Below, in pieces: positions 11,242 to 19,867 of a DNA stretch of 64,000 nt. The translations under genes were made by a program, and so were the position numbers. This DNA is from Polyangiaceae bacterium. Its GTDB lineage: Bacteria; Myxococcota_A; Polyangia; Polyangiales; Polyangiaceae. The notes under the pieces were generated by a model. The model did no database searches. It was not told the DNA's origin and saw only the letters and a program-made list of their open reading frames with translations. How positions within the stretch are numbered: position 1 is the stretch's first letter; every line of letters begins with the position of its first letter. Where the stretch lies: assembly GCA_046351395.1 (NCBI GenBank), contig JAXLYP010000017.1:129508-193507 (forward strand). Reading direction: 5' to 3'.

Positions 11242-11431
11242 TCGACCGCTGCGACGCCGAGGTGCGTCTCTCACGCCGCGGCGGGCGGGGATTGTCCGCT
11301 ACCATCACCACGGCACGCACCGACGCGAGCGTCGAGGCGCTCCGCGCGCGTTCCATCGCGCGGGGTGCGGTGCTCGGTCGAGCGCGCGTGATCGCACCGC
11401 GGTCGTCGCGACAGGGCATGATGTCGCCCCG

Positions 11432-12040
11432 ATGGACGCCATCGACAAGCGCACCCGCGGCCTGCTCGCGATCGCCATCACGGACGCGGTCCACGCCAAC
11501 GAGTTGCGGCCCGTCTCTCCGACGCTTCTTGGATTTCTCGGTCTCGTCGGCACCCGCCTCCCGGTGCGTCGCGCGGCGGTCAATTTCGGGATCGTCGGCT
11601 TCGTCGCAGTCTTCGGGCTCCCTTGGCTCCTTGCGGTCGAGGCGCTCCGCCGCCGTCGTGCTCAGCGCTTCACGCGGGCGGCGGAGCGCGTGGTCGAAGC
11701 GTCGACGGTGCCGGCGGGCGGCGTGTACCGGGCGGGGAGCTCGACGCGCGAGGGCGCGGGCGCGGGGCTCCTCGGATCGGACAAGCTCTACGCGATCGAC
11801 TGGTCGATCTGGCGCGACGGCGTGCTCGTCTTTGCCGGCGCCGCATTGGGCGTGGTCCGCGGCGAGACCCGTTTCGTGCATTGGCTCTCCGTTCACCGGG
11901 GGTACCCGCCACCCGGCGCCGTCGATGGGCTCCGCCTCGTTGGCGCTCTGCGTGACCTTCGACCTCAGCTCACGCGGTGGGAGTGGCAGATCGAGGATCC
12001 GTTCGAGGCCGTCGAGCGGGAGCAGCCGCTGCTTGCGTGA
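11432..12040 (+). CDS. Hypothetical membrane protein
   Basis: MDAIDKRTRGLLAIAITDAVHANELRPVSPTLLGFLGLVGTRL... with hydrophobic segments. Upstream in-frame extension is R-rich nonsense so ATG 11432 chosen. No recognisable domain. Confidence 0.4.
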   Translation: MDAIDKRTRGLLAIAITDAVHANELRPVSPTLLGFLGLVGTRLPVRRAAVNFGIVGFVAVFGLPWLLAVEALRRRRAQRFTRAAERVVEASTVPAGGVYRAGSSTREGAGAGLLGSDKLYAIDWSIWRDGVLVFAGAALGVVRGETRFVHWLSVHRGYPPPGAVDGLRLVGALRDLRPQLTRWEWQIEDPFEAVEREQPLLA

Positions 12041-12151
12041 TGCCGGCTTCGAGGCGCCGCGTCACAGGCGCCGTCCCGACCTCCGTGCACCTCGAGGTGA
12101 GCGCGGTGGGCGTATCGTCCTCGCGTGGTCCTTCGCGCATATCATCCAGGC

Positions 12152-12619
12152 TCAGTCCGGCAGTGCCTGGACGCACACGCCTCCGCCCGCGTTCAGCGGG
12201 GAGCAGAAGCCGGACACGGCCGGGAAGCACGCCTGACCGCACCCGAGCGGCCCGCACCCCGCGTTCACCCACGCGTCGTACGCGGCGAGCGCCGCCTTCA
12301 CTTTGTCGGGTTGCTTCTCGTTCAGGAGGAGCGACGGGCAGCCGCAAGCGTCCTTCACGACGGCCGTTCCATCGCATTGCGGGCTGCTCACGGTCGGGTT
12401 GCACGCCTGCGCTGCGGCGGCGGCGACGTTCATCGCGTCGAGCAGGTTCGCGCAGTTGCTCCCGCCCGTCGACGCGGACGTCGTCGCCCCGTGGCTCGTC
12501 GATGCGTTCGAGGAAGACCCCGGAGCCCCGCCCTCCGAGCCGCCTTCGACCCAAGTGACCTTGCCCCCGCAGGCGGCGGCGAGCGACGCTGCGACGAGAA
12601 TGAACGACCGACCGCGCAT
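12152..12619 (-). CDS. Secreted Cys-rich lipoprotein with Ser/Thr/Gly linker
   Basis: MRGRSFILVAASLAAACGG lipobox, then GSSSNASTSHGATTSASTGGS linker and a 12-Cys domain. Confidence 0.55.
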   Translation of the reverse strand: MRGRSFILVAASLAAACGGKVTWVEGGSEGGAPGSSSNASTSHGATTSASTGGSNCANLLDAMNVAAAAAQACNPTVSSPQCDGTAVVKDACGCPSLLLNEKQPDKVKAALAAYDAWVNAGCGPLGCGQACFPAVSGFCSPLNAGGGVCVQALPD

Positions 12620-12798
12620 CGATAGCGTATAGCCGCGCCGTCGTGGGCCGTCGACACCGTGGTACGTACGGCGCTCGCTGTCCGCTCCTCCTTCCCTGCG
12701 GCGGGGCCCTCGACGACGTTCCTCCGCGCAAAAGCGCCGATCCTCGTCGTCCACATTCGGACATGCAAGTGGACGGTAGCTTGCTGCAGGATCGGGCC

Positions 12799-13911
12799 AT
12801 GGTAGGTCGAAGGGCGACGTCGGTAGCCGTTGGGATCGTGGGTCTGTCGTGGATGCTCGCCGCGTGCGGGGCCGCCGAGCCGCCGCGCGCGCCGCTGATC
12901 GCGGGCCCGCCCGACGGGCCGATCGGCGAGTGGACCGAGCTGCCTTGGAGCGGCGCGGATCCGACGCTCGAGTTCAACGGTGGCCACGTGCACGCGGTCG
13001 GAGACTCCACGTACCTGCTCGTCGCCGATCGCTTCTATCGGTCCGACGATCACGGGACGCACTGGTCGCAGCGAGGCACCGAGATGCTCGGCGACTTCGC
13101 GCCCCAAGGGCCGCGCCTCTTCGGCTGGGATGGAAACCAAGAGGCGCCGCTCTACACGTCCACCGACGGCGGGGCCACGTGGGGGGGCCGCCCCGTGGCG
13201 ACGTACAGCGGTGATCAGATCCAGTCCACGGGCGCGTTCGCCTCGCCGCGGTTCCTCGCCGTGCTCGGGTCGACCGCGTTCATGACGCAATGGAGCCAAG
13301 CGAATCGCCTCTACATCAGCGAGGACGCGACGCGCGGTTGGACGGGCGTCTCGGTGCCCGGAGAGGTCCAGGACCTGGGCGCTCGCGGGGACGAGATCTA
13401 TGCGTGCACCTCGGAGGGGATGTTCCGCTCGACGGATCGGGGCCGCGTCTGGAGCGCGATCCCGAGCCCCGATGGAGTGGCGACGCCGCTCACCGGCTGC
13501 ACCTTCACCCGCTTCGCGACGCTCCTCTGCCCGACCGTCTCCCGGTACAGCGGCGCGCGGCTCTACTGCACGGCGGACGGGACGAGCTTCAGGCTCGCCG
13601 ACGACGGGCTCTTCGACGTCCCCGCGAACCCCGACTGGGCGCGATTCGAGGGGATGGAGTACCTCGAGGCGAGCGCGCAGCTCGGCTCGACGTACGTGCT
13701 CGCCGATCGCGGCAGCAACAGCTACGCGCCGCGGGAGGAAGGCGTCTACACGACGAACGATCCGTTCCAAGGGTGGACGCGCGTCGAGGCGCTCCGCGGG
13801 GAGCGCGTCCTCGGCATCACGCAGACGACTCAGGCGATCCTCGTCCTCTCGCAGCCGAAGACGTTCGAGAACGACCGGAAGCTCCGCTTGTTCCGGCTCC
13901 GGGTTCGCTGA
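12799..13911 (+). CDS. BNR/Asp-box repeat lipoprotein (sialidase/Ycf48-like beta-propeller)
   Basis: MVGRRATSVAVGIVGLSWMLAACGA lipobox. Asp-box motifs STDGGATW, SDDHGTHW, STDRGRVW. Confidence 0.65.
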   Translation: MVGRRATSVAVGIVGLSWMLAACGAAEPPRAPLIAGPPDGPIGEWTELPWSGADPTLEFNGGHVHAVGDSTYLLVADRFYRSDDHGTHWSQRGTEMLGDFAPQGPRLFGWDGNQEAPLYTSTDGGATWGGRPVATYSGDQIQSTGAFASPRFLAVLGSTAFMTQWSQANRLYISEDATRGWTGVSVPGEVQDLGARGDEIYACTSEGMFRSTDRGRVWSAIPSPDGVATPLTGCTFTRFATLLCPTVSRYSGARLYCTADGTSFRLADDGLFDVPANPDWARFEGMEYLEASAQLGSTYVLADRGSNSYAPREEGVYTTNDPFQGWTRVEALRGERVLGITQTTQAILVLSQPKTFENDRKLRLFRLRVR

Positions 13912-13923
13912 CGAGACGCTCGA

Positions 13924-14805
13924 TCAGCCCGTGTACTCGGGAGATCCAGGGGATCGGTAGCGGTCGAGCGGGCTCCGCTTCGCGTCGCTCCCGTAGTAGC
14001 GGCCGTTCCCCTCGAGCTCCACGAACAGAAGGTGCATGGGGGCCTTCGCGCCCTCGGACGGTGGCTTCATGCCGAGCTCGGCGGGCGTCTTTCCCGACGA
14101 GGCGACGTAGGGCTGCGTGAGATCCGTGGCGATGAAGCCGGGCGTGCACGCGTTCACGCGGAGGAGCGGGTGCTCTCGCGCCACGATCATCGTGTAGACG
14201 TTCACGAGCGCCTTCGACAGTCCGTACGCCGAGCCGTCGCCGAGCCCGCGCGCGGTGAACGCGGCCGCGTCGTCGCCGAGCGAAGAGCACTCCGCGAGGA
14301 TCTCCTCGAACCGGGCGCGCGTGATCGAGCCGTCCACGAAGTCGCGCTGCCGCTCGGGGCTGCAGGTGGAGACGAACATCGGCGCCGCGCCCGAGCTCAC
14401 GTTCACGATGCGACCGCGACTCGGGTCGAGGAGCGGAAGAAACGCCTCGGTGGTCCGGATCACGCCGCGCGTGTTCGTCTCGAGGATCGCCGCGAGCGTG
14501 CCGCTTCCGACGCCTATCGCGGCGTTGTTCACGAGGCCGTACAACGTGAGCCCGCGGCGCTCGAGATCGGCCGCGGCCGCGCTCACGCTCTCGCTGCGCG
14601 CGACGTCGATCGACAGGACCTCGATCCGCGGTGCCCACTCCGGCCTCGTCGAGGCGACGGCGCTCGCTGCGTCGCGGCCGCGCTCCTCGTCACGTGAGCC
14701 GAGCACCACGAGCGTGTCCTCTGCGTGCTCGAGGATCGCCTGCACGATCGCGAGCCCGATTCCTTTGTTCGCCCCCGTCACCAAGACGCGTCGCTCGTTC
14801 GCCAT
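13924..14805 (-). CDS. Short-chain dehydrogenase/reductase (carbonyl-reductase-like SDR)
   Basis: MANERRVLVTGANKGIGLAIV (TGxxxGIG) and catalytic YGLSK. The ORF track's 754-aa frame is an N-terminal nonsense extension. Confidence 0.85.
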   Translation of the reverse strand: MANERRVLVTGANKGIGLAIVQAILEHAEDTLVVLGSRDEERGRDAASAVASTRPEWAPRIEVLSIDVARSESVSAAAADLERRGLTLYGLVNNAAIGVGSGTLAAILETNTRGVIRTTEAFLPLLDPSRGRIVNVSSGAAPMFVSTCSPERQRDFVDGSITRARFEEILAECSSLGDDAAAFTARGLGDGSAYGLSKALVNVYTMIVAREHPLLRVNACTPGFIATDLTQPYVASSGKTPAELGMKPPSEGAKAPMHLLFVELEGNGRYYGSDAKRSPLDRYRSPGSPEYTG

Positions 14806-14925
14806 GCGACGCACCCTCGCACGGTCGGAGGAGGACGGCGGCAGAAACGTGCGTCGTCCGCGTGTTCGCGGGGCGAATCGGGCTCGACAGGGTGCGGTGA
14901 CCGAGCCAGTGTCCGGCCACCTGCC

Positions 14926-16251
14926 ATGGCTCGCCGACTCTGCGATCGACTTCTGCTCCGCTCGTGTGTGGGGCTCGTGCTCACCGGCGTGGGCTGCACC
15001 TCGCCGACCGACCCGCCGACGGGGAGCTCGACGAGCGCCGGCACATCCACGGCGTCCGGGTCGACTTCGAGCGCGGGGGGAGGCGGCGCTGCGACGGCGA
15101 GTTCGGGCACGGGCGTGCCGAGCGACGAGGCGCGGGTCCGCGTCCACTATCCGGCGGGCACGCACGTGGTCACGATCCGCGGGAGCGGCGCTGGGCTGAG
15201 CTGGACGGAGGGCGCACCGACCACGGCGGCGGGCAACACGTTCTCGTACGCGGTCTCCGGTATCACCGCCCCCATCGAGCTCAAGCCGCTGCTCGACGAC
15301 GCGACCTGGGCGCGCGGTCCGAACTATCGGGTCGCACCCGGCGAGACGCTCGACGTCTATCCCCACTTCGACACCGCGAAGGGAGAGGTCGTGGTCGTCA
15401 CGGAGGCGTTCCACTCGAACGTCCTCGGAAACGAGCGTCCCATCTACGCGTATCTCCCCCCGAGCTACGCAGAGAACACCGAGGCGACGTTCCCCGTCGT
15501 CTACATGCACGACGGCCAAAACCTCTGGGCGGCGCACCCCGAGCTCGCGTTCGGCGCGACCTGGGACGTCGACCTCACGTTCGACGCGGCCGCGGAGCTC
15601 GGCGCGTGCTCCTCCGGGGCGCTCGTCGGTTGGGGCGCACAGCCGCTCGGTGAAGCCGCGACGACCTGCACCGGCGACGGCGATTGCGCGTCCGGCGCGT
15701 GTCGCACGTTCCCCGAGGCCATCGTGATTGGCGTGGGCAACACCGCCGACCGGCTCCACGAGTACACGCCGACGGCGGATCCGGACTATCCCCAGGGCGG
15801 GGGAGCGGATCTCTACATCCAGATGTTGATCGAGGAGCTCAAGCCGCAGATCGACGCGATGTTCCGTACGCGCCCCGACGTGGGCTCGACCGCGCTCGTG
15901 GGGAGCTCGCTCGGTGGTCTCGTCAGTGCGTACGCGGGCCTCGAGCACCCCGAGGTGTTCGGGCTCGTCGGGGAGCTCAGCCCGTCGACGTGGTGGAACA
16001 ATCGCGTGATTGTCGACGAGGTGAAGACGACCAGCGCCGCGCCCGCGCGACCGCTCCGGGTGTACGTCGACTCTGGGGGCGACGCCGATGGCAAGGCCGA
16101 CACCGATCTGCTGGCCGCGGCCTACCTCGGCATTGGCTACGTGGAGAACGATAACTTCCGTCACGTCGTGCAACCGAATGCCGCTCACAACGAGGTCTAT
16201 TGGGCGGAGCGCCTCCCCGGCGCGATGCAGCTCGTGCTCGGCCCGAGATGA
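14926..16251 (+). CDS. Secreted esterase (putative esterase / enterochelin-esterase-like alpha/beta hydrolase) lipoprotein
   Basis: Signal/lipobox MARRLCDRLLLRSCVGLVLTGVGCTSP. STG-rich linker. GSSLGG nucleophile elbow (LVGSSLGGLVS). VVYMHDGQN motif typical of the esterase family. Confidence 0.75.
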   Translation: MARRLCDRLLLRSCVGLVLTGVGCTSPTDPPTGSSTSAGTSTASGSTSSAGGGGAATASSGTGVPSDEARVRVHYPAGTHVVTIRGSGAGLSWTEGAPTTAAGNTFSYAVSGITAPIELKPLLDDATWARGPNYRVAPGETLDVYPHFDTAKGEVVVVTEAFHSNVLGNERPIYAYLPPSYAENTEATFPVVYMHDGQNLWAAHPELAFGATWDVDLTFDAAAELGACSSGALVGWGAQPLGEAATTCTGDGDCASGACRTFPEAIVIGVGNTADRLHEYTPTADPDYPQGGGADLYIQMLIEELKPQIDAMFRTRPDVGSTALVGSSLGGLVSAYAGLEHPEVFGLVGELSPSTWWNNRVIVDEVKTTSAAPARPLRVYVDSGGDADGKADTDLLAAAYLGIGYVENDNFRHVVQPNAAHNEVYWAERLPGAMQLVLGPR

Positions 16252-16313
16252 GGGCGCGCCCTAAGCGTGCGCCGAAGTAGCCGCGCTCGCTTCGGCCGCG
16301 TACGTTCGCTCCC

Positions 16314-16907
16314 ATGAGCTTTTCTACCTCTCGCGCGACCTTCCTCCTCTCTGCCGTCGTCCTGCTCTCCGTGGGGTGTGACGACACCGCCGATGGCACT
16401 GGCGGCGCCAGCTCCTCGAGCGGCTCGAAGATGACCTCCACCACGACCGGCACGTCGATGAGCACCGGCACATCGATGAGCACCGGCACCGGCGTCACGA
16501 TGTCCGAGTGGGACGCCTATTGCGAAGCGCGGGGAGCGCTGATGTGCATGGGCTTCGACGTGGCGGCGTGCAAGGCGGACCGAGCTTGCGCAACCGGCTT
16601 CTTGAAGGATGACCTCGAGAAAGATCTGCTCGCCTGCCTCAACCAGAGCTGCATGTCGGACAATTGTCTGGTCCTCGCTGAAGGCAAGCCCATCTCGGCC
16701 GAAGGGATGAAGTTCAAGACGGCCTGTGCCGCGTGGGTCAAGGAGTGCACGCCGCCGAGCGACGACATCTGCATGGCGTATCTCTACGCCGAGGACGACG
16801 ATCTCGTGACGCTCGAGGGGTGTCTCGCGTCGAACACGTGCGCCCTCAAGCAGTCGTGCTTCGACGCCTACAACGCGACGCTCGACGCGTGCAGTAGCTG
16901 GAACTGA
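16314..16907 (+). CDS. Secreted Cys-rich lipoprotein with STG linker
   Basis: MSFSTSRATFLLSAVVLLSVGCDD lipobox. TSTTTGTSMSTGTSMSTGTG linker (18-bp tandem DNA repeat). About 14 Cys. Confidence 0.6.
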   Translation: MSFSTSRATFLLSAVVLLSVGCDDTADGTGGASSSSGSKMTSTTTGTSMSTGTSMSTGTGVTMSEWDAYCEARGALMCMGFDVAACKADRACATGFLKDDLEKDLLACLNQSCMSDNCLVLAEGKPISAEGMKFKTACAAWVKECTPPSDDICMAYLYAEDDDLVTLEGCLASNTCALKQSCFDAYNATLDACSSWN

Positions 16908-16913
16908 TCGCCC

Positions 16914-17279
16914 TCAGGGACCGACACCCGCCTTCGCGAGCGCCTCGCGCTCCTCCGCGTCGATCGCGTGGGGGTGCGGGGCTCCCGATGCGTCCAAGTC
17001 GCAGCGGGACCGCACCTTCGGCCGCACGATGCCGGGCCATGTCTTTTCGCCGTCGACGGCGATCCACCACTCCTCGTTGTTCGGCAGGGCTCGGCGGTCG
17101 CTCTCTCGATTGCCCTCCTCGGTGACGCGGGGACCGAGCTTGCCGATCTCGCTGTCGGCGAGCTCGAGCACGTGGAGGTAGATCTTCTCTTTCCCCGGGC
17201 CGACGCCGACCACGCCCTTGCTGCGCTGGGTGCCGTGGTGGACTTCGAAGAACGTGGACTCGACGACGTAGCGTGCCAT
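16914..17279 (-). CDS. Hypothetical small protein
   Basis: MARYVVESTFFEVHHGTQRSKGVVGVGPGKEKIYLHVLELADSEIGKLGP... The ATG is 25 bp from a divergent gene. No domain recognised. Confidence 0.4.
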   Translation of the reverse strand: MARYVVESTFFEVHHGTQRSKGVVGVGPGKEKIYLHVLELADSEIGKLGPRVTEEGNRESDRRALPNNEEWWIAVDGEKTWPGIVRPKVRSRCDLDASGAPHPHAIDAEEREALAKAGVGP

Positions 17280-17304
17280 CGAGCCAGGGTATCCTCCCTC
17301 CGAC

Positions 17305-18387
17305 ATGAAGACGGCGGTGATCGGAGGTGGTTTGAGCGGGCTCGTCGCGGCGCTGCGGCTCGTGGAGCGCGGGCACGCGGTCACGCTCTTCGAGGCGAGT
17401 GAACGGCTCGGCGGGCAGATCCACACCCTCGAGACCGACGGGCTCGTCATCGAGATCGGGGCGGAGGGCTTCATCGCGCGAAGCGAGACCGTCCCGGCGC
17501 TCGCACGCGATCTGGGGGTCGAGGACGCGCTCCTGGATCAAGCCACCACGCTCACGTTCGCGGACGAGCCTGGGGGACTGCGCGCTCTAGGACCGGGAGA
17601 AGCTGCGGCGCTCCTCGGGTTCCAGGTCCCGAAGGAGGAGCTCGGGCGAGGGATACGCTCGTTTCGACGAGGTATGGGGCAGCTCGTCGACGCGCTCGTG
17701 CGGCGGCTCGAACCCGCGGCCGTCCTCCGTCGCGGGGTGAGGGTTCGCGGTGTCGAGCGCCGCGCGGAGGCGCTCGCGATGACGCTCGAAGACGGGACCG
17801 CGTGCGTCGTCGACGCAGCGGTCGTCGCGACGCCGGCCGGCCGCGCCGCAGCGCTCCTCGCGCCGCTTGGCCTCTCTGTAGCGGCGCCTCTCGCCAGCGG
17901 GCGGATGCTCTCGAACGCGTCCGTCATCCTCCGGTACGCGCGCGATCAGATCGCCCACCCCCTCGACGGCAGCGGCCTCGTCGTCCCCACGGACGCGCAG
18001 CGCGACGGGTTTCGCGCCTGCAGCTTCGTGACGACGAAGTTCGAACGCGGGACGCCCCCCGACGTCGTGCTGCTCCGCGCGTTTTTTCGACCGACCGAAG
18101 CCGAGCTCGCCGCGCGCGACGATCGCGCGTGGATCGCGCTCGCGACGAGCGCGATCGCGCGGCCCCTCGGCGTCCGCGGTGAGCCGATCGCAGCCTGGAC
18201 CAGCGTGTGGCCCGCCGCTCTCCCCGTGTACGACGCGGCGTACAAGGAGGCCGTCGCGCGCGCCGACGAGGCGCTCGCTCCGCTGTCCATCGCGCTCGCG
18301 GGCTCCCATGTCCATGGGGCCGGCATCGACGCCGCGGTGCAATCGGCGGAGCGCGCCGCTGCGTCGCTGCACGCGCGCGCCCGCTGA
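17305..18387 (+). CDS. FAD-dependent oxidoreductase, protoporphyrinogen-oxidase/amine-oxidase-like (short form)
   Basis: MKTAVIGGGLSGLVAALRL (GxGxxG). ...EASERLGGQIHT. C-terminal HGAGIDAAVQSAERAA. 360 aa, shorter than canonical HemY. Confidence 0.7.
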   Translation: MKTAVIGGGLSGLVAALRLVERGHAVTLFEASERLGGQIHTLETDGLVIEIGAEGFIARSETVPALARDLGVEDALLDQATTLTFADEPGGLRALGPGEAAALLGFQVPKEELGRGIRSFRRGMGQLVDALVRRLEPAAVLRRGVRVRGVERRAEALAMTLEDGTACVVDAAVVATPAGRAAALLAPLGLSVAAPLASGRMLSNASVILRYARDQIAHPLDGSGLVVPTDAQRDGFRACSFVTTKFERGTPPDVVLLRAFFRPTEAELAARDDRAWIALATSAIARPLGVRGEPIAAWTSVWPAALPVYDAAYKEAVARADEALAPLSIALAGSHVHGAGIDAAVQSAERAAASLHARAR

Positions 18388-18412
18388 TCGCACGCGACAC
18401 GATCGCCGCCTC

Positions 18413-19759
18413 CTACTCGCGATCGGGCACCTTGATGTTGAACCGCGCCATGCGCGCGGCGAGCGTGTTGCGAGCGATCCCCAGCATCCGCGCCGTCTTC
18501 GACCGGTTGTAGCCGCACGCTTGGAGCGCTCGGTGGATGCGATCCTCCTCGAGCGCCTCGACGTCGTCGCGCAGGTTCCCGGGCCGCGGCGGGGGATCTC
18601 CGACGGGCGCTCGCGGGGGCGGAGGAAGGGGCGGCGGGTACCCGCTCGGCTGAGGCGGAGCATGGGATCGCGAAGCGTGGGGCGGCGTGAGCCGCAGGTG
18701 CTCCTCGAGGATGATCGAGCCCTCGACCGTCGCCGCGGCGCGGCCGAGCACGTTCTTCAACTCACGTACGTTGCCCGGCCACGGGTGGCGGAGGAGCGCC
18801 TGAAGAGCTCTCCCGTCGAGGTGCATCGGCGGGCGGCCCATCGCGTGGCAGGCCTCTCGGATGAACTGCGCGGCGAGGGGCTCGATCTCGTGGAGCCGCT
18901 CGCGCAGCGGGGGCACGACGAGCGTGATCGCGTTCAGCCGAAAGAGCAGGTCCTGGCGGAACTTGCCCTCCATCACCGCCACGTCGAGGTCCCGGTGCGT
19001 GGCCGCGAGGAAGCGCACCTCGATGTCGCGCGGCTTGAGCGCGCCGACGCGCCACACCTTCCGCTCCTCGAGGACGCGGAGGAGCTTCGCCTGGAGGGCG
19101 TGCCCGAGATCGCCGATCTCGTCGAGGAACACGGTCCCGCCCTCCGCGGTCTCGAGGAGGCCCGGCTTCGGCTGATTCGCTCCGGTGAACGCGCCGCGCT
19201 CGTGACCGAAGAGCTCGCTCTCCATGAGCGAGTCCGAGATCGCCGCGCAGTTGAGCCTGAGGAGCGGCTTGTCCGCGCGCGGCGACAGGCGGTGGATGGT
19301 CTCGGCCATGACCTCCTTGCCCGAACCCGTCTCTCCCTGGATGAGGACGGTGAGGGAGCTCTTCGCGATGCGCTCGACGCTCATCGCCGTGCCGAACGGC
19401 GCGCTCTTCTCGGGGGGTGGCCCGGCGCGCACCATCAACCCGATCGTGCCCGCCTCGATCAGGACGCCGGGCGCGATGGGCACGCGCGCGCGCGACGCGA
19501 TGGGAACTCCGCTCACCCTCGTGGGGTTGACGGCCCCGAGATCCTCCACGAACAACGACGCACCCGCGACGACGAGGCGCAGGTGCTCCCGGGAGACGGA
19601 CGGGTGCGGCAGGATGATGTCGCTTTCGCGCGACCGACCGAGCACGAGCGCTCCCGCCGCAGGGAGCCGGAAGCTCTGGGTCTCGGTGCCGAGCACGATC
19701 AGCCAGAGCTCCACGTTCGCGCGGTCGCTGAGGCGCATCGTCTCGTCTTCGTCCGCCAT
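18413..19759 (-). CDS. Sigma-54-dependent transcriptional activator with N-terminal FHA domain (FHA-AAA+-HTH)
   Basis: FHA-like N-terminus (LVLGRSRESDIILPHPSVSREHLRL). GETGSGKE Walker A, GAFTGA sigma54-contact motif, ESELFGHE. C-terminal Fis-type HTH (RSKTARMLGIARNTL). Confidence 0.9.
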   Translation of the reverse strand: MADEDETMRLSDRANVELWLIVLGTETQSFRLPAAGALVLGRSRESDIILPHPSVSREHLRLVVAGASLFVEDLGAVNPTRVSGVPIASRARVPIAPGVLIEAGTIGLMVRAGPPPEKSAPFGTAMSVERIAKSSLTVLIQGETGSGKEVMAETIHRLSPRADKPLLRLNCAAISDSLMESELFGHERGAFTGANQPKPGLLETAEGGTVFLDEIGDLGHALQAKLLRVLEERKVWRVGALKPRDIEVRFLAATHRDLDVAVMEGKFRQDLLFRLNAITLVVPPLRERLHEIEPLAAQFIREACHAMGRPPMHLDGRALQALLRHPWPGNVRELKNVLGRAAATVEGSIILEEHLRLTPPHASRSHAPPQPSGYPPPLPPPPRAPVGDPPPRPGNLRDDVEALEEDRIHRALQACGYNRSKTARMLGIARNTLAARMARFNIKVPDRE

Positions 19760-19867
19760 CTGATCCGTCCGCGACGCCGCGGGCGAGGGCCGCGATCGAG
19801 GCGCTCGTCGTCCGAGGCGGCTCCGCTCTGCGCGTCGCGCGAACGGTAACGCGGGAGGTTCAGCGCG

